DNA of 60,702 nucleotides, filler included, from Basidiobolus ranarum (Eukaryota): NCBI GenBank assembly GCA_040143965.1. It is 9 parts of 9 records of this genome, joined end to end, with 100 filler letters (N's around TTAATTAATTAA, not from the genome) between each part and the next. Parts side by side here need not be neighbours in the genome. Positions count along the whole stretch, not along the records: positions 33,814 to 40,465 come from JASJQH010001276.1; positions 40,566 to 47,216 come from JASJQH010001277.1; positions 47,317 to 53,963 come from JASJQH010001278.1; 6 more parts are not named here. One strand, 5' to 3'. Shown piece by piece: positions 35,566 to 48,089 of this stretch (position 1 is its first letter; each line of letters starts with the position of its first letter). The notes under the pieces were generated by a model. It saw only the letters and a program-made list of their open reading frames with translations, ran no database searches and was not told where the DNA came from. The position numbers and the translations under genes were made by a program.

Positions 35566-38500
35566 ACTAGTAAATCAAGTTCGTGCGTAAGTCGCAAGTT
35601 TAATGTGACTCAGTCTATGGTTTATGGGATAACTGAGCGTAAGAGTTACGATGATGGGAAAAGTGAAGGAAGGGGAAGTTACTAACAAAACGAAGAAAAC
35701 GCAATGTCTTTAGGGAAAGCCAGTCCAAATTGAGCTGTTGTTGTAGTTATCTCTTTTTATGCATTCAGAAGGGAAATGAGATAGTCACGTGCTCGACGTA
35801 TTATTCAACTTAAAAGCTATTTTACCCCACTAACATTACTATTTAAGGATCTCATCGTTCCTAGGCTTGTTGTGAAGTAATATTTGCAAAACTAAACCAC
35901 TTTAATGAGTTTAGTTTGCTAAGATAAGAGATAGTTAATGAATAAGCACTGCCTTTTTGAATTTAAGCCGAGGAAAGAGACTTTTAAGCCGCTCTAGGTA
36001 CTCTCGAATACACGTATGTTTTAGCATCAGATGAACAGTAGAGAGTACCAGTTGATCACCTCCAATTTACACGTAATGGACCTAGGTTGTCTGACCATGG
36101 CAGCCAGTGAATTGATAAGAAATGGAAAAAGCGCCTATGATTGGTCAATCGAAAGTACAAGAACCTGCTTTGCTAATTGCAATGATGATTGTGATGGGTC
36201 TTGTGTACCATCGAATACCAATAGGTGTTTGGAAATTATTCAACGCTGATATTCAGGGCTACGTAAGTGGATTACAGGGTGATGATGGAATATTATGGAA
36301 ATAACAACAATCAAGTGGCAGGTAGCCCTGATCGTCATGGTAGAGCCCTGTTAGAATTGACGAGTACTTGGTACACAAGTAGATATTAGAGCTGGTCTAT
36401 CAAAAGTACCCAACAACCGAGGTATTTGAAAAAAGTGGGCCTATACAATAATTAGGGAGTGACATTTCACTAGTCCTTGGAATAAATATCATCTAAACTC
36501 GACATCATTATTGGTATTGTCATGCAAACTTTGGCGAGGCATCAGTAACCGTTGAATTTTTTGTTAAATGGAAGCTAGTACCAAAATTAGCATTAATCCA
36601 TCTGGCAGGTATCATTTGATAAGGTAGGAGTGAACTTGATGATTTGAAGGCTAAAATTGGAATATGCACATGTCAAGTAAATACCTTTGCTTATATAAGT
36701 AAATCATTTGTGCATCTGGATACAGGCCAACTATCTATATTCTTCACTTGATTATCTAGCAATACGGCACTATATTCTCTATCCTAATATATCTCCCATA
36801 TTCAGTAGGACACAAGAGATCTTCTTTCAATGCTACCAAGAAAGCATTGCCAGGCGTAACAAATATTAACTGACTCTGGATATTGAAAATCAATTATATC
36901 TCCAGCATATAGGAGGTTTCCATTACAGATAGCTTAATGGCATCTGGCTACATATACATTCCTAACACACGGCTACACTGGTCTAGTGTCGTCCACCATG
37001 TATATACCATTACTGGATTTTCTCCTTGCTCGCTATGAATGTCCATATATCATGAGATCAATCTGCTATTGAAGGATGTCAATGGCAATAAGCTACAGAA
37101 TATATAATTGATTAAAAACGAAGTCCATACTCTCTATGCATATATCCTGGCAGTGTTGTAGTTTTTACCTATACCATAGCCATCAAGACCACATAATCGC
37201 TCTTACTGTAAATCCATACTTGTTAGGTTTTTCGTATTCAACCAAGAAGCGGTACCATTATAAATACTGTGTCACGTATATTCATTGAGCAATTCAATTG
37301 CCGTGCCTAACGGTTGATAGATCAAAAGAATATGATTTACAACAATCATATAACGAGCCTACACGACATGATAAGAGAAATTGCTATTTAGAAGCATCAC
37401 CATGTCGCTGTTGGACAGGTTTGATGCTGTGGTTTTGCCAATATGTGACTCAGCAATACAAAAGAATCAGGTATAAAGGAGTATCCCTAAAACAATCTAT
37501 TGAATAATGGTTGACGAATGAAGTATTGGGGCTGTAGGTGTGCTAGCCTAAAGTGGCTTAGCAGGTTATATCCTAGTTGTTTCCTGTTCCATACCACTTA
37601 GTGTTATATGGATATTAAAATTCTTCACTTATGCATATTATATTATCAATTCATACAATTGTAAATACCCCGGGCTTCTCTAACTACTGGCCAACTATAG
37701 GTCCGATATTCTCTAACGTAGAGAATCACAGCATTCTTAGTTTACCCATACCGTGATTGTAGGAAGTATTAGTTTAGTATGCTAAGATACAGATGAAGGA
37801 GGCGCTCGTGTTCCATGGACAAATTAGTGGCAAAGGTAGGCTTAACTTCTCATTGAGACCCAAGTCTCAAATTGGATATATCGATGCCCATATATTTATA
37901 ACTAATTACTGTCACGCGTGATACACAGATATTGACCAAAACATTCGCAAAAATCTGTTTACCTTTTAGAGGTCACAGTGACATACTATGAATGGTCAAA
38001 GCATGCTCAAATTTGTATTTTGCATGATGTGATGCTGTGACTGACATCTTATTAGTAACTAGAAAACCATAATTTTTTTCGCCATTATTATTTATGCTAA
38101 CATCACGAATTGTTAATAGTCAAGAACAGTCTATTAGTGTCTTGAGGACAGTCACAATGTATTTTTATTCCTTTGGTAATCCCTCCATGCTAGTAGGGAT
38201 GTGTACCTTAGCTAATTAAAGACATCGTAGCTTTTTAGAATCAAGACTTGTCCCATGTGTGTAGATCGGATGGATTGGAAAAAATGTTTCAGTCTAATAT
38301 AGTCTTGGAGCAAATATATTTAAGTGAATGGTAGTATGTGAGCTTGTGGGTGGCTATGAGCTTATGAGTCTAGTAACTGATGGGTATATGCAAATAGCCG
38401 ATACCCTTGGCCAAATATAACCCGGGCCACCATTTGCTATACAAGTGAGATCGATCAACAGCTTTAGTAAGAACTAACTGACTATCATTGGATAGTAGAA

Positions 38501-38800
38501 AACCCCAGCTTCTGCAAGAGCTCTGGCCTTATATGGAACAAATCCATTCAACTCTAGTTACCACTGGGTTCAAACTCGCTCAAGCGAGGGTGATCGTAGT
38601 AACTTTTCCTACTTATTAATGATGGTAGTACTGGTGTGTGGGTCCTTCATCATGCTATGTTTATATCGATGATGTAATAAGCTTAAATGATTTAAAACGA
38701 ATCCATATTTTGTCACAGTAAGCTGTTTAGACAGCCCTGTTACCTGTATCATAATCCCCTTGTCTTTCACTTTTCTTCTTTGTCTATATCATCAGAAGAT

Positions 38801-39945
38801 ATGGGATCTACTAGTAGGCCTCTGTTTAAAATACAGCTAGAGAAATCCACCTACTACAAATCCCTTGAGGGTACTTCGGGAGTAGTGGTGCGTGGAAGTT
38901 TGCTCTTTACTCCCACCTTCCAAATTAAAGTCAACCGAATCTTTCTTCGATTTCAGGGAAAATATGTAGCTACTTCCACACGAGGTAAACTCAATCAAAA
39001 GGTCCTTTCTTTATACGTACTCATCGATTATTCTTCTCAGATATCCGTAAAACGGAAAAATCCTTGATAGAGAAACAGTGGGTTTTCTTCAGTGCTGGTC
39101 GACGAAGTCAAACCATTAACGGAGGTTCATATAAATATGATTTCGAAATAACTCTGTCCGATGAGTTTCCAGAGTCATGTAAATTGGAATACGGAAGTGT
39201 TCAATACAAGTTCAAAGCTGTCGCTGAAACTTCTCTGATGTTTTCCAACCTTAAAGACGAAAAGGAGGTGTTCTTACGTCAAAATATTGGATCTTGGGTA
39301 GACACTATCTATCAAACTGAGATTCACCGAAACTGGCGCAACGCATTGGATATTAACATAAGAATCCCAGCAAATCAATTCAAGCTGGGAAGTGTTGTGC
39401 CTTTAGCGTTCCAAACTCGAGTATCTAATGATAGTGCTCGTGTGGTCCTTGTTTCCTGTATGTTGAAGGAATATGTGATACTCCGATCTCCTCAAGCTTA
39501 CGGTAGCTCTCGACCGATTATTCGAGATCAAGACAGGAAAGTAGGAATGGCGTTTGCTTGGTGCCAGAGGGCCGACAACTACGAAAATATATTAGTAGAG
39601 ATTAAGATTCCGGCCAACCGCTGCACCTACGATTGTTCTAATGAGTACGTTAGTATTTCGCACAAGCTACATATTAGAGTGGATATCAAAAGGCAAGGAA
39701 ATATCGAATCTATCAGCATCCCAATGCCTATTTGCATTGTTCCTCGAACCTCCTGTGAGTTAGGTCCTGCAGAATTGGAAATCGAAGAGCTTCCTGGATA
39801 CGAAATGATTACCTCACCTCCTTCCTACGAGTTGGCAACTAATCATAGGAGCTCATTTAATGATGTCAATTTGCACACAGTGGATCTCGTTCCTTCGTTT
39901 CCACCAAGATACTCAGTATCTGAGTGTAATATTTCTGTGCATTAG
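38801..39945 (+). CDS. Alpha-arrestin (ART/ARRDC-like), 2 exons
   Basis: Intron 38985-39040 (GT-AG) joins the two ORFs in frame; arrestin-N YKYDFEITL..PES....GSVQYK, arrestin-C SISHKLHIRV, C-terminal PY motifs LPGY/PPSY/PPRY. Confidence 0.9.
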
Positions 39946-40271
39946 TAGTTGTAGCATTCACGATTGCACGCTGCCCATTTCTCATTATAGAAAGGCTGGT
40001 TGTGCGACTAATGACGGCCTCCATATCATTTGTTTATTTCAAAGAAGTGCACTGGAAGTGTCTTGTTGGACTTGTAGTGTGTGTATGTTATATAAAATAT
40101 GAATTAAGATTTGACTATGTTGTTGATTGCGTGTACACACCATGTTGAAGGACGAATTTGGTGTCTTTTAATGTTACCATATAGTATATGAATTGGATAG
40201 TAGTGTTTTGTCAACTGTACAGAGGTGTATATCAGGCAAGTAGGTAGAACGCATTCAATCCATGCAAAACA

Positions 40272-40465
40272 TGTTAAAGTATTTGGGAGCCTGTTGGAAG
40301 TGGGTTGGAGAAAATAGAGAAGTTGGTGGGTTTCACTTATTGATTTATTGAGTTGAAAGTTGACATTTATAGTTTTGTCAAGATGTAAGAAAACTAACGT
40401 GTAGAATTTGTTACGGAAGATCCCAGGAACATGTGTGTACAGTTTGGGGCTTCTAGCACAAGTTT
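40272..40465. repeat. LTR-B, cut by the contig end
   Basis: Begins TGTTAAAGTATTTGGGAGCC; closely similar to 1379-1723. Confidence 0.85.
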
Positions 40466-41181
40466 NNNNNNNNNNNNNNNNNNNNNNNNNNNNNNNNNNN
40501 NNNNNNNNNTTAATTAATTAANNNNNNNNNNNNNNNNNNNNNNNNNNNNNNNNNNNNNNNNNNNNTTAACGACTCAACCTAATGTTTACCCTCAGGTCAC
40601 TTCTTCAATAACAATGATTTGAAGATATTGTTTGATTTGTCAAACTTTCTACTCAACTTATCACTACAATCACTTAGATATATGCCACACCTTGATTATA
40701 GTCAAGCTAGATTGGGTTACAAGTACACTTTAGAAGATTACGTTTTTCATGTCAACGAGGTCTGAGATTAAATACTGAATTTTAAAATTGCTAACTCTCA
40801 ATTCGGAACATTAGTCATACTATGCACGATGTAATTTCTATATTGAATGGATTCACATAGGTGATACTAATTTAAATTTGTTCATTGAATTTATTACTAA
40901 AAGATTGACCAGCAATTGAAGCAATTCTGTAAAATTCATAATTGGTTGAGTGTTAACTGTTCAAACCTTCATGGTAGGATCATCTGGAATATTTGATTAG
41001 CTATCGAATATTCTAGAATTAAATATAAATACCCGAATGATTTAACCTATGATTTAATCCAGAATGGGAGAAATCTTTGAAAATTCATATGGAGCTTTTT
41101 AGACAGCTGGTACTCTCAATTTTCAATATATTATTAAAACTGCAACTTACCAACACTCAGCCATCAGAATAGCTAACTGTA

Positions 41182-43326
41182 ATGGAGAGCTCTCCGAGTA
41201 TACAACTCGTAGAACATGTATCTGAATCAACTAATCCAGCTCACGATCTTACCTCTTCATCAACACAAGAACTCCATGTCGAGGTGGAAAAAGTGTTAAA
41301 CGAACCTGAAAGAGAAATCCCGATTACTGATTCAGTTAATCAGAAGTTGCCCCGAGCTGAGTACAGGAAACTCAAAAAGAAATTAAAAAAGAAAGCAATT
41401 CGGCAAGAGATATTCAAATCAAAAGAACAAGATATCAACGAAGGTTGTACGTTATGATATATGATTTTTCTATATCTTTCTTATTGATATGTTTTTTGAA
41501 ATTTTCACATAGAAACTCAAGAACAAAAAGAAGCTCGGATTAAAGAAGAACGAGAAAAGTAACAATTCTTTTGAGCCCTGTGTTTCGTGATTTCTACAAG
41601 AGCTGAATTTCTCAATTCAATTTATTTAAATTTAGTGATAGACAAAGATTATTATGGGAGCTACGCGATAAACAATTTGAAAGAGAGAGAGAAGAGGAGA
41701 TTAAGAAAGAGAAAATTAGGACTGTTTCCGAAAAGATTTCTAGGGTAATTACGTTCTTGACTTGCGTTTATAGGTTTGCTTTATTTACACCACCTTAGGA
41801 AATTGCGTCAAGAGCTTTCATATCCGAGAATCGTTCTTCTGGAAGCATGGTTGGTGTTTAACTATATCGTAACTCTCCAAAGCTACACAACGGGTATTTA
41901 TTTTTGATTGTTACTAGTCTCAAGCGCCGAAGAGTGAACTTAGCAATGATGCTCAAAGTCCCCTACCTACCAATTTAGATGACTCTATAGAGAAGGTAGC
42001 TATACATATATCCAATGATCTAATTATTGCTTAGTACTCTAAGTATCACCATTGTATATCTTAGGAGTCAGCTAATTGCCCGTTTTATTTAAAAACTGGA
42101 GCATGCCGATATGGGGACCTGTGCAGTCGAGAGCATCCGTATCCTACACATAGTAAGACTATTTTGATCAAAAATATGTATGGGAAAATGGCCCAGTTGG
42201 TGGTAGACGAAGAATCGGATAATACCTTAGAGGTAAAATCACGTTTAAAGACCCACGGGAAGAGAGCCTCCGGGATCATAACTTTTGATTTGTTTTTGTT
42301 TCGGGATTTCATTTTATTTATGAATTTAATATTTGAGAACTTAATATTGCGTATATTTTATGAATCGTTTCATTATGATCCAATTTGTCCTTAACTCAAG
42401 CCATCCTTTATTTTTCAATGGTAACCTTCTCTCTCAAAGTTCGATGAAGCAGAGGCACGCAAACATTTTGAATCTTTCTTTGAGGATATACATCCGGAAC
42501 TCTTAAAATTTGGAAATATCCAGCAATTGAAGGTAACAAAAGGGTCTTGCTTATCTTTCAATACCTAATACTCACTCTTCGCAGATTTGTAATAACGAGC
42601 TACCACACTTAAATGGAAACGTATATGTTGAATATTCCACTATCGCTGAGGCATCCCAGGCCAAGGAGGCACTCGATGGACGATGGTATGCGGGTAGACA
42701 GCTGACTTGCGAGTTTGTTCCAATTAAAAAATGGAAAGTGGCCATATGCGGTAGATGTTGCGAGCTTTTATAATGAATTTTGTAGAGATATGCTCAATCA
42801 TCTCTTTGTAGGTTTGTTCCAGCGTGGCCGGTGTTCCAAAGGAAAGGAATGCAATTTCCTACATGTATATCAAAATCCCAAGAATCTATATCAAGAGAAT
42901 GATCAACGGTTGGGATCAACGGCCATTCAAACTCATATCGATTCAGGTAAATCTGAATATCCTCCATGGATTGTATCTTCGATATATACTTAAGCAGATC
43001 TTTATGTTAACATTATAGAGTCGAATAACAATATGAGTACCGATAAAGTCGAGGCAGTAAAACAATCTCAGAGTTCTGATAGACACCGTGAAGATTCCAA
43101 GTCCACGAGAAGGCGTAGTAGGTCACCATATTCATCGAGGAGTCATAAACGACACTCTTCCAGTCGATCACCTCAAAGGCGGAGAGACGCAAGTGACTCA
43201 CCCAATAGACGTAGATCTTCTCGACATCGCTCTCGTAATCGTCATCGCTCGCGGTCATCGAGACGTGAGTCTTCCCACCGTAGCACGAGAAGTCGATCAA
43301 CGGAAAGACATCGAAGCTCAAGATAA
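41182..43326 (+). CDS. ZRSR2: ZRSR2/Urp (U2AF35-related splicing factor), about 10 exons
   Basis: N-terminal charged coiled coil; CCCH finger [23 protein letters not shown] with [11 protein letters not shown] and [13 protein letters not shown]; second finger [26 protein letters not shown]-terminal RS domain. The N-terminal extension and W-K-x-A-I-C-G-L-F motif separate it from U2AF1. Confidence 0.9.
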
Positions 43327-46300
43327 GCAGTAATTGACGAGAGTAATTAGATACGTTATATTTTTATTTGAAAAATTTACCCAGATTAGACAAGAATGTA
43401 GAAATAGTAGCAATATAAAAATCAGACACTAAACTTTCTAAATCCATACTTGATACCTAAAGCTTAATTTTCGATGATAAAAGGCAAATGTTTCTAGATC
43501 CTAATCCACTAGATCTTTTCCCATGCAAACCTGTGGGGAACAAACAAAATACACAAAGGGTGTCTGTAGCTACATGTTCCCACCTATATACGTGCTAACA
43601 AAGCCAAAGTCAGAAAACTTGTTGTTGGAATGATATAAATTATAAATAAATAATTGAGTATAAATCTCATTAGAGGACGAAATAAGTCGTACCACCTCCA
43701 TTACCTAATGGTAACTAAGAAAGGCAATGGTTTTATGTGTACCTTTGAGATTATGGTAGCCATATGAATTCAGAACACCTTCATGCTGACATACACGTGT
43801 ATCAACGCTGCACACATCCGGTTTTATCTAAGCACGTTTCCAATATTTGTTGGTCCAAGTCCTAAAATTAGACACGTTACAGTTTGAAATTGTAACTGTC
43901 CAAAAAGATCCCAACCACACTGTATATGAATTGTATTGACCAACATGAACTGAGTTCATGTGGATCAACTAGGAATAGGTGCTATTTGGATTCATATAGA
44001 GTTGAATAGATAATGTATTATCAGTCCAACCGCAACGTTTATCTGTCTTGACCAACAGGGTTATTCAAAAAAACTTCCAGTACGAATCCAATTTATGAAT
44101 AACTGGGCCTATTTAGGGAATAGGTAGGAACAGTTCGTTTTATTGTCATGCGCAAAATGTTTTCATATACCCCACCAAATGGGAATATTCCCTACGTAAT
44201 GCTGATGGCTGAAGTCTGCTACCTCGTGGTCATACGGTGCACTTTAATATAAGAGTTGGAAAAGTATCACCTTTGAAGAGGCTTTCATTACTTGGCCGAT
44301 CCTTTAGCATTAGTGGGGAGTGCTCTCATTGGCTCATTGCAAGGTATGTATGGTACCTCACGGAGTGTCTTGGCCAACGTTCGATGTTTGATAGGGCTGA
44401 GGAAAAACTGAGAGAAAATGGCAATCATATGTGGCTCACTGGCACGTTGTGTATCGAATCTCAAGATAACGAGATATCAAATTGTCCAGTATATAAGATC
44501 AGTATATATTTGAAGACCGTCCACTGCGGCAACGATTTCGAATGAGATGCTATTAGATGTCTATAGGCGTGATCGATGATAGGGGCTCAGAAGAATGTAT
44601 GTTAGGCACTCAGTTCGTCACATAACAAACTCCAGAGAGAGATATGAATTCTGGGATAATAAATCAACTAATCTAATTGCTCGTGGATGAGGGGGTTGGG
44701 AGGAGCTTCACACAGTAATAGACCAATCGTAACCTCGGGCGTTTGAGCTAGATAACAATTAACTATACGAAAGCAAAACTTCGATACCAATCTCTCTTCA
44801 CTAACATCCAATTGTTTCGTAGACCATTAAATGGTCCGATTTTGGGAGATTCATGTGGCGAGGGATAAGGGTGCAAAGACTGTATTGGGGCGCTGTCCAA
44901 TCGACCAGAGTCCTATACGCCTATGTTTCGTATAAATCCCGTCCTGCAAGAGTCTTGGTGATATTAAAGGATTGAATCTATTCACAGCCCTCCATATGTT
45001 AGTACTTTGAAATTCCAATGCTCGATCGGATTGAAGTTGGTGTGATGAGGTGGATCGTATGATCGTTCCTAGTGATCATCAGGTTTAAGTCTTACAAACA
45101 GTCGATCGACATTCAATACAACTCCATATGACAAATAAAACTCAGATCATGCGTTGTGCTTGTTTGCAAGTGAATTGGTAGAGAGTTGGCTTCTAAGCAG
45201 GACTTGACGCCACGACCGTGCTTTCAAAAACGGTTGGTGGTATGAGCAAAAAGCACGGGGCTTATGTATGAAGTTTGACGACAAGGTGCATTGTATATAG
45301 TCATACCCAATGTCTCGCATCAGCCCAATCCGGATAGTGATATTTCACATATGAAGCGACATGCATCGATTACCTTAAATTTATCCGAGTAGGTACTCAG
45401 TGTTTGAGTGGAGAAAGTAGAAGGCTTGGCAAATGAGTTAGCAAGAGATACACGGGTCAATAAAATTCAACACCCTAGTACATATGATGAGCTCTAGGCC
45501 TTATTTAGCTCTCACTTGGAATCGGATCGAGGTGTAAGCCTCAAGATCCATCATTCTTATGTGGCCCTTTCCGGACATGGTGGCCATGTTAGTATGTAAC
45601 TGCAGCAGGTCATCTGCCAGTGATTGTGCTTATCGTGATCAGCATCAGCAAGAATGTGCAAGTGTGCAGCTGCAGATGGTTTACAGGAAATCTTGCGTAT
45701 ATCAGATAGATGTAGAGCCTTTGTTACTTGGTAGGCCTCTGATGAATACTCTCGATCTCAAAGGGATATTATGGGGTGGTGAGGAGAGTGTATCTACTTT
45801 GGGTGAGAACTTGTGGCTTTATTTTCTGTTTCTCCATATAATACTCAAGGTTACCAGAACCATTACAAACAAGTTATTGACAAACGAGAGGATCACGTAT
45901 GATCCTCTGGCTCCACCACTCGATTCGACTTCTAATTCCTATACTTGATGGTAAATTGCATGTAACCTTAAAAACCGGGATAAATATCTAGCTATACTGT
46001 TGTTTGGTATTGGAGTCAACCCGATATTTATTGATATACCAATCCAATTCATCAAGAACCGATAAAAATAGACAAATTTCGACTAACTGAAATGACTTCC
46101 ATACGAGGAAATTGAATGAGACTGTCTCCAATGAATTGCCTTCTTGCTACCAAACTCGGACAAAGCTGGCTACGTCTTTGATGATAGGCCAGATATGCAA
46201 AAGAAGCCAGTAACACGTATTAAAGTTCTATATTTGATCAAATTGACATTCCTTGAAATGTGATTGAGATGATTCAGGGTTTGGGAGAACGGCAGATTTC

Positions 46301-47316
46301 TATTTGTTTTCTTCCTTTGGTCGTGCAACTGTCTCCGCCCTCAACATGCCTTTTACTTGAGGTAGAAGGAAGGTTCCATTGTCATCCGACGTACGGATTC
46401 AGTTCCTTTGATTCTATGGGCATGTGTTGTTCTATTCAATATCTGGTTACGTAACATGGTCGATAGTTTCGCTGTCATAGGTTTTGTTACCACTTGGTTC
46501 TTAGTCTTTACTTTAATAAGCTTCAGTAGTACTGTCGGAACTATAGAGTAGTAGTAAAAGTCACCAAGTTTAGTTGATCTCATCCCGTTCAAGAGAAGTG
46601 ACGCCTGTGAGGAATGTCGAGCACGACGTTTCAAATAGACTAGGCGGTCATATCGAGACTAAATAGAACAAAAATTAACCCAAGCGAACCTTTTCTGTTG
46701 CTGATTTGATCGACAATATAGCGGACTATTCTTCTATGAAAATTGAGGCTTACCGTGAGTACGCAAATACATATTCTAGACATCGTTAGATTTTGATAAT
46801 CCTTGAATTGTACAAAGGAAGCTATATGGCTTGAAAGAAAACTGGATAAGTACAAACAGAGCATTATGAGCCCAGGTAACAGGTCCTGCCCACGTATATC
46901 AAAAGCCAGTATAGTACATCGAATTACGCTATTTGGCCTGTGATTCTTTCAAATTGGATTTGCTGCAAATCCTAATCGAGCTTCATACATGCTGTGCGAT
47001 TTCGTGAGATATAGCCACAATGTAAGTATTATATGTCGAATGGTAGACTACCTTTTCAAAGGAGCCACACAAACAAACATTCATAAATGAAGACTGCAGG
47101 CCTATAGTTTGCACCTGGTGCTCGTTCATCATTTATGCTACTCACTAACGTAATTCCGTAATTTTAATAACCAAAACGTAGAAGCATACCACATAACAGA
47201 AACATAACCAGAGTATNNNNNNNNNNNNNNNNNNNNNNNNNNNNNNNNNNNNNNNNNNNNTTAATTAATTAANNNNNNNNNNNNNNNNNNNNNNNNNNNN
47301 NNNNNNNNNNNNNNNN

Positions 47317-48089
47317 CATATAAGGTAATCTGGATGAACTGACACCAGATTGCCAAGAAGGGATGGCACAGTAGATATGATGTCATAATCTAATAATAGA
47401 AGAGTTCCATATGCAGTGGATCAGTATGCTGAGATCAGAATCATGACAGGTGCTGGTGAAATAACATAAGAAGCAGTATAGTCAAGAAAACTCTTAATAG
47501 ATTTAGACTATTCTCCAAATTACTAACCAAGATATTTGATGATAATCACAGCAGTATCACATTAGCTAAAAATTCCATGTTTCATGTTAGAAGCAAACAT
47601 AAAGCTATTAAATAGCATCTTGTTAAAGAAACTATAGAGAATAAGTTTATGGACTCAACTTATTGCTCTTCAGAAGAAATGATTGCTGACATATTAACCA
47701 TATCATTAGCTAGACAGAAATTTGAGAAATATTCACTTAAGTGTCAAAATTAGCATTGCCCCACCACCTATATAGTCATATATAGCTTAGTACTTTGTTA
47801 TTGTATAGTTAGCTAGGATATTATCCATCATTCTCAATTGCAATTTACTTAGAATATTGACACCAACTTGGAAGTACTTGGATATATTTGTTTATCAAAG
47901 TTTTGCTAGAAGCCCCATACTTAGCACAAATATTCCTGGAACCTTCCTAAATGCAATATATAAGTTAGCTTGTTTACATCTTGATAAAATGATCAATGCC
48001 AACTTGCAACTGAATATATTAATAAGTGAATATCACCTATTTCTCTAATTCTCCAAGCCACTTTCAACAGGCTACCAAATACTTTGACA
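47317..48089 (+). mobile_element. Copia RNase H 3' end plus LTR-B (47742-48089); further LTR-B fragments to about 48710
   Basis: FHVRSKH...YCSSEEMIADILT motif on the plus strand, followed by a reverse-complement LTR-B (TGTCAA...TTGACA). Confidence 0.85.

Noticed and set aside
38553-38605. GGTTCAAAC B-box-like motif within an imperfect hairpin upstream of the arrestin gene
   Set aside because: No cloverleaf or A-box; short stems like this arise by chance
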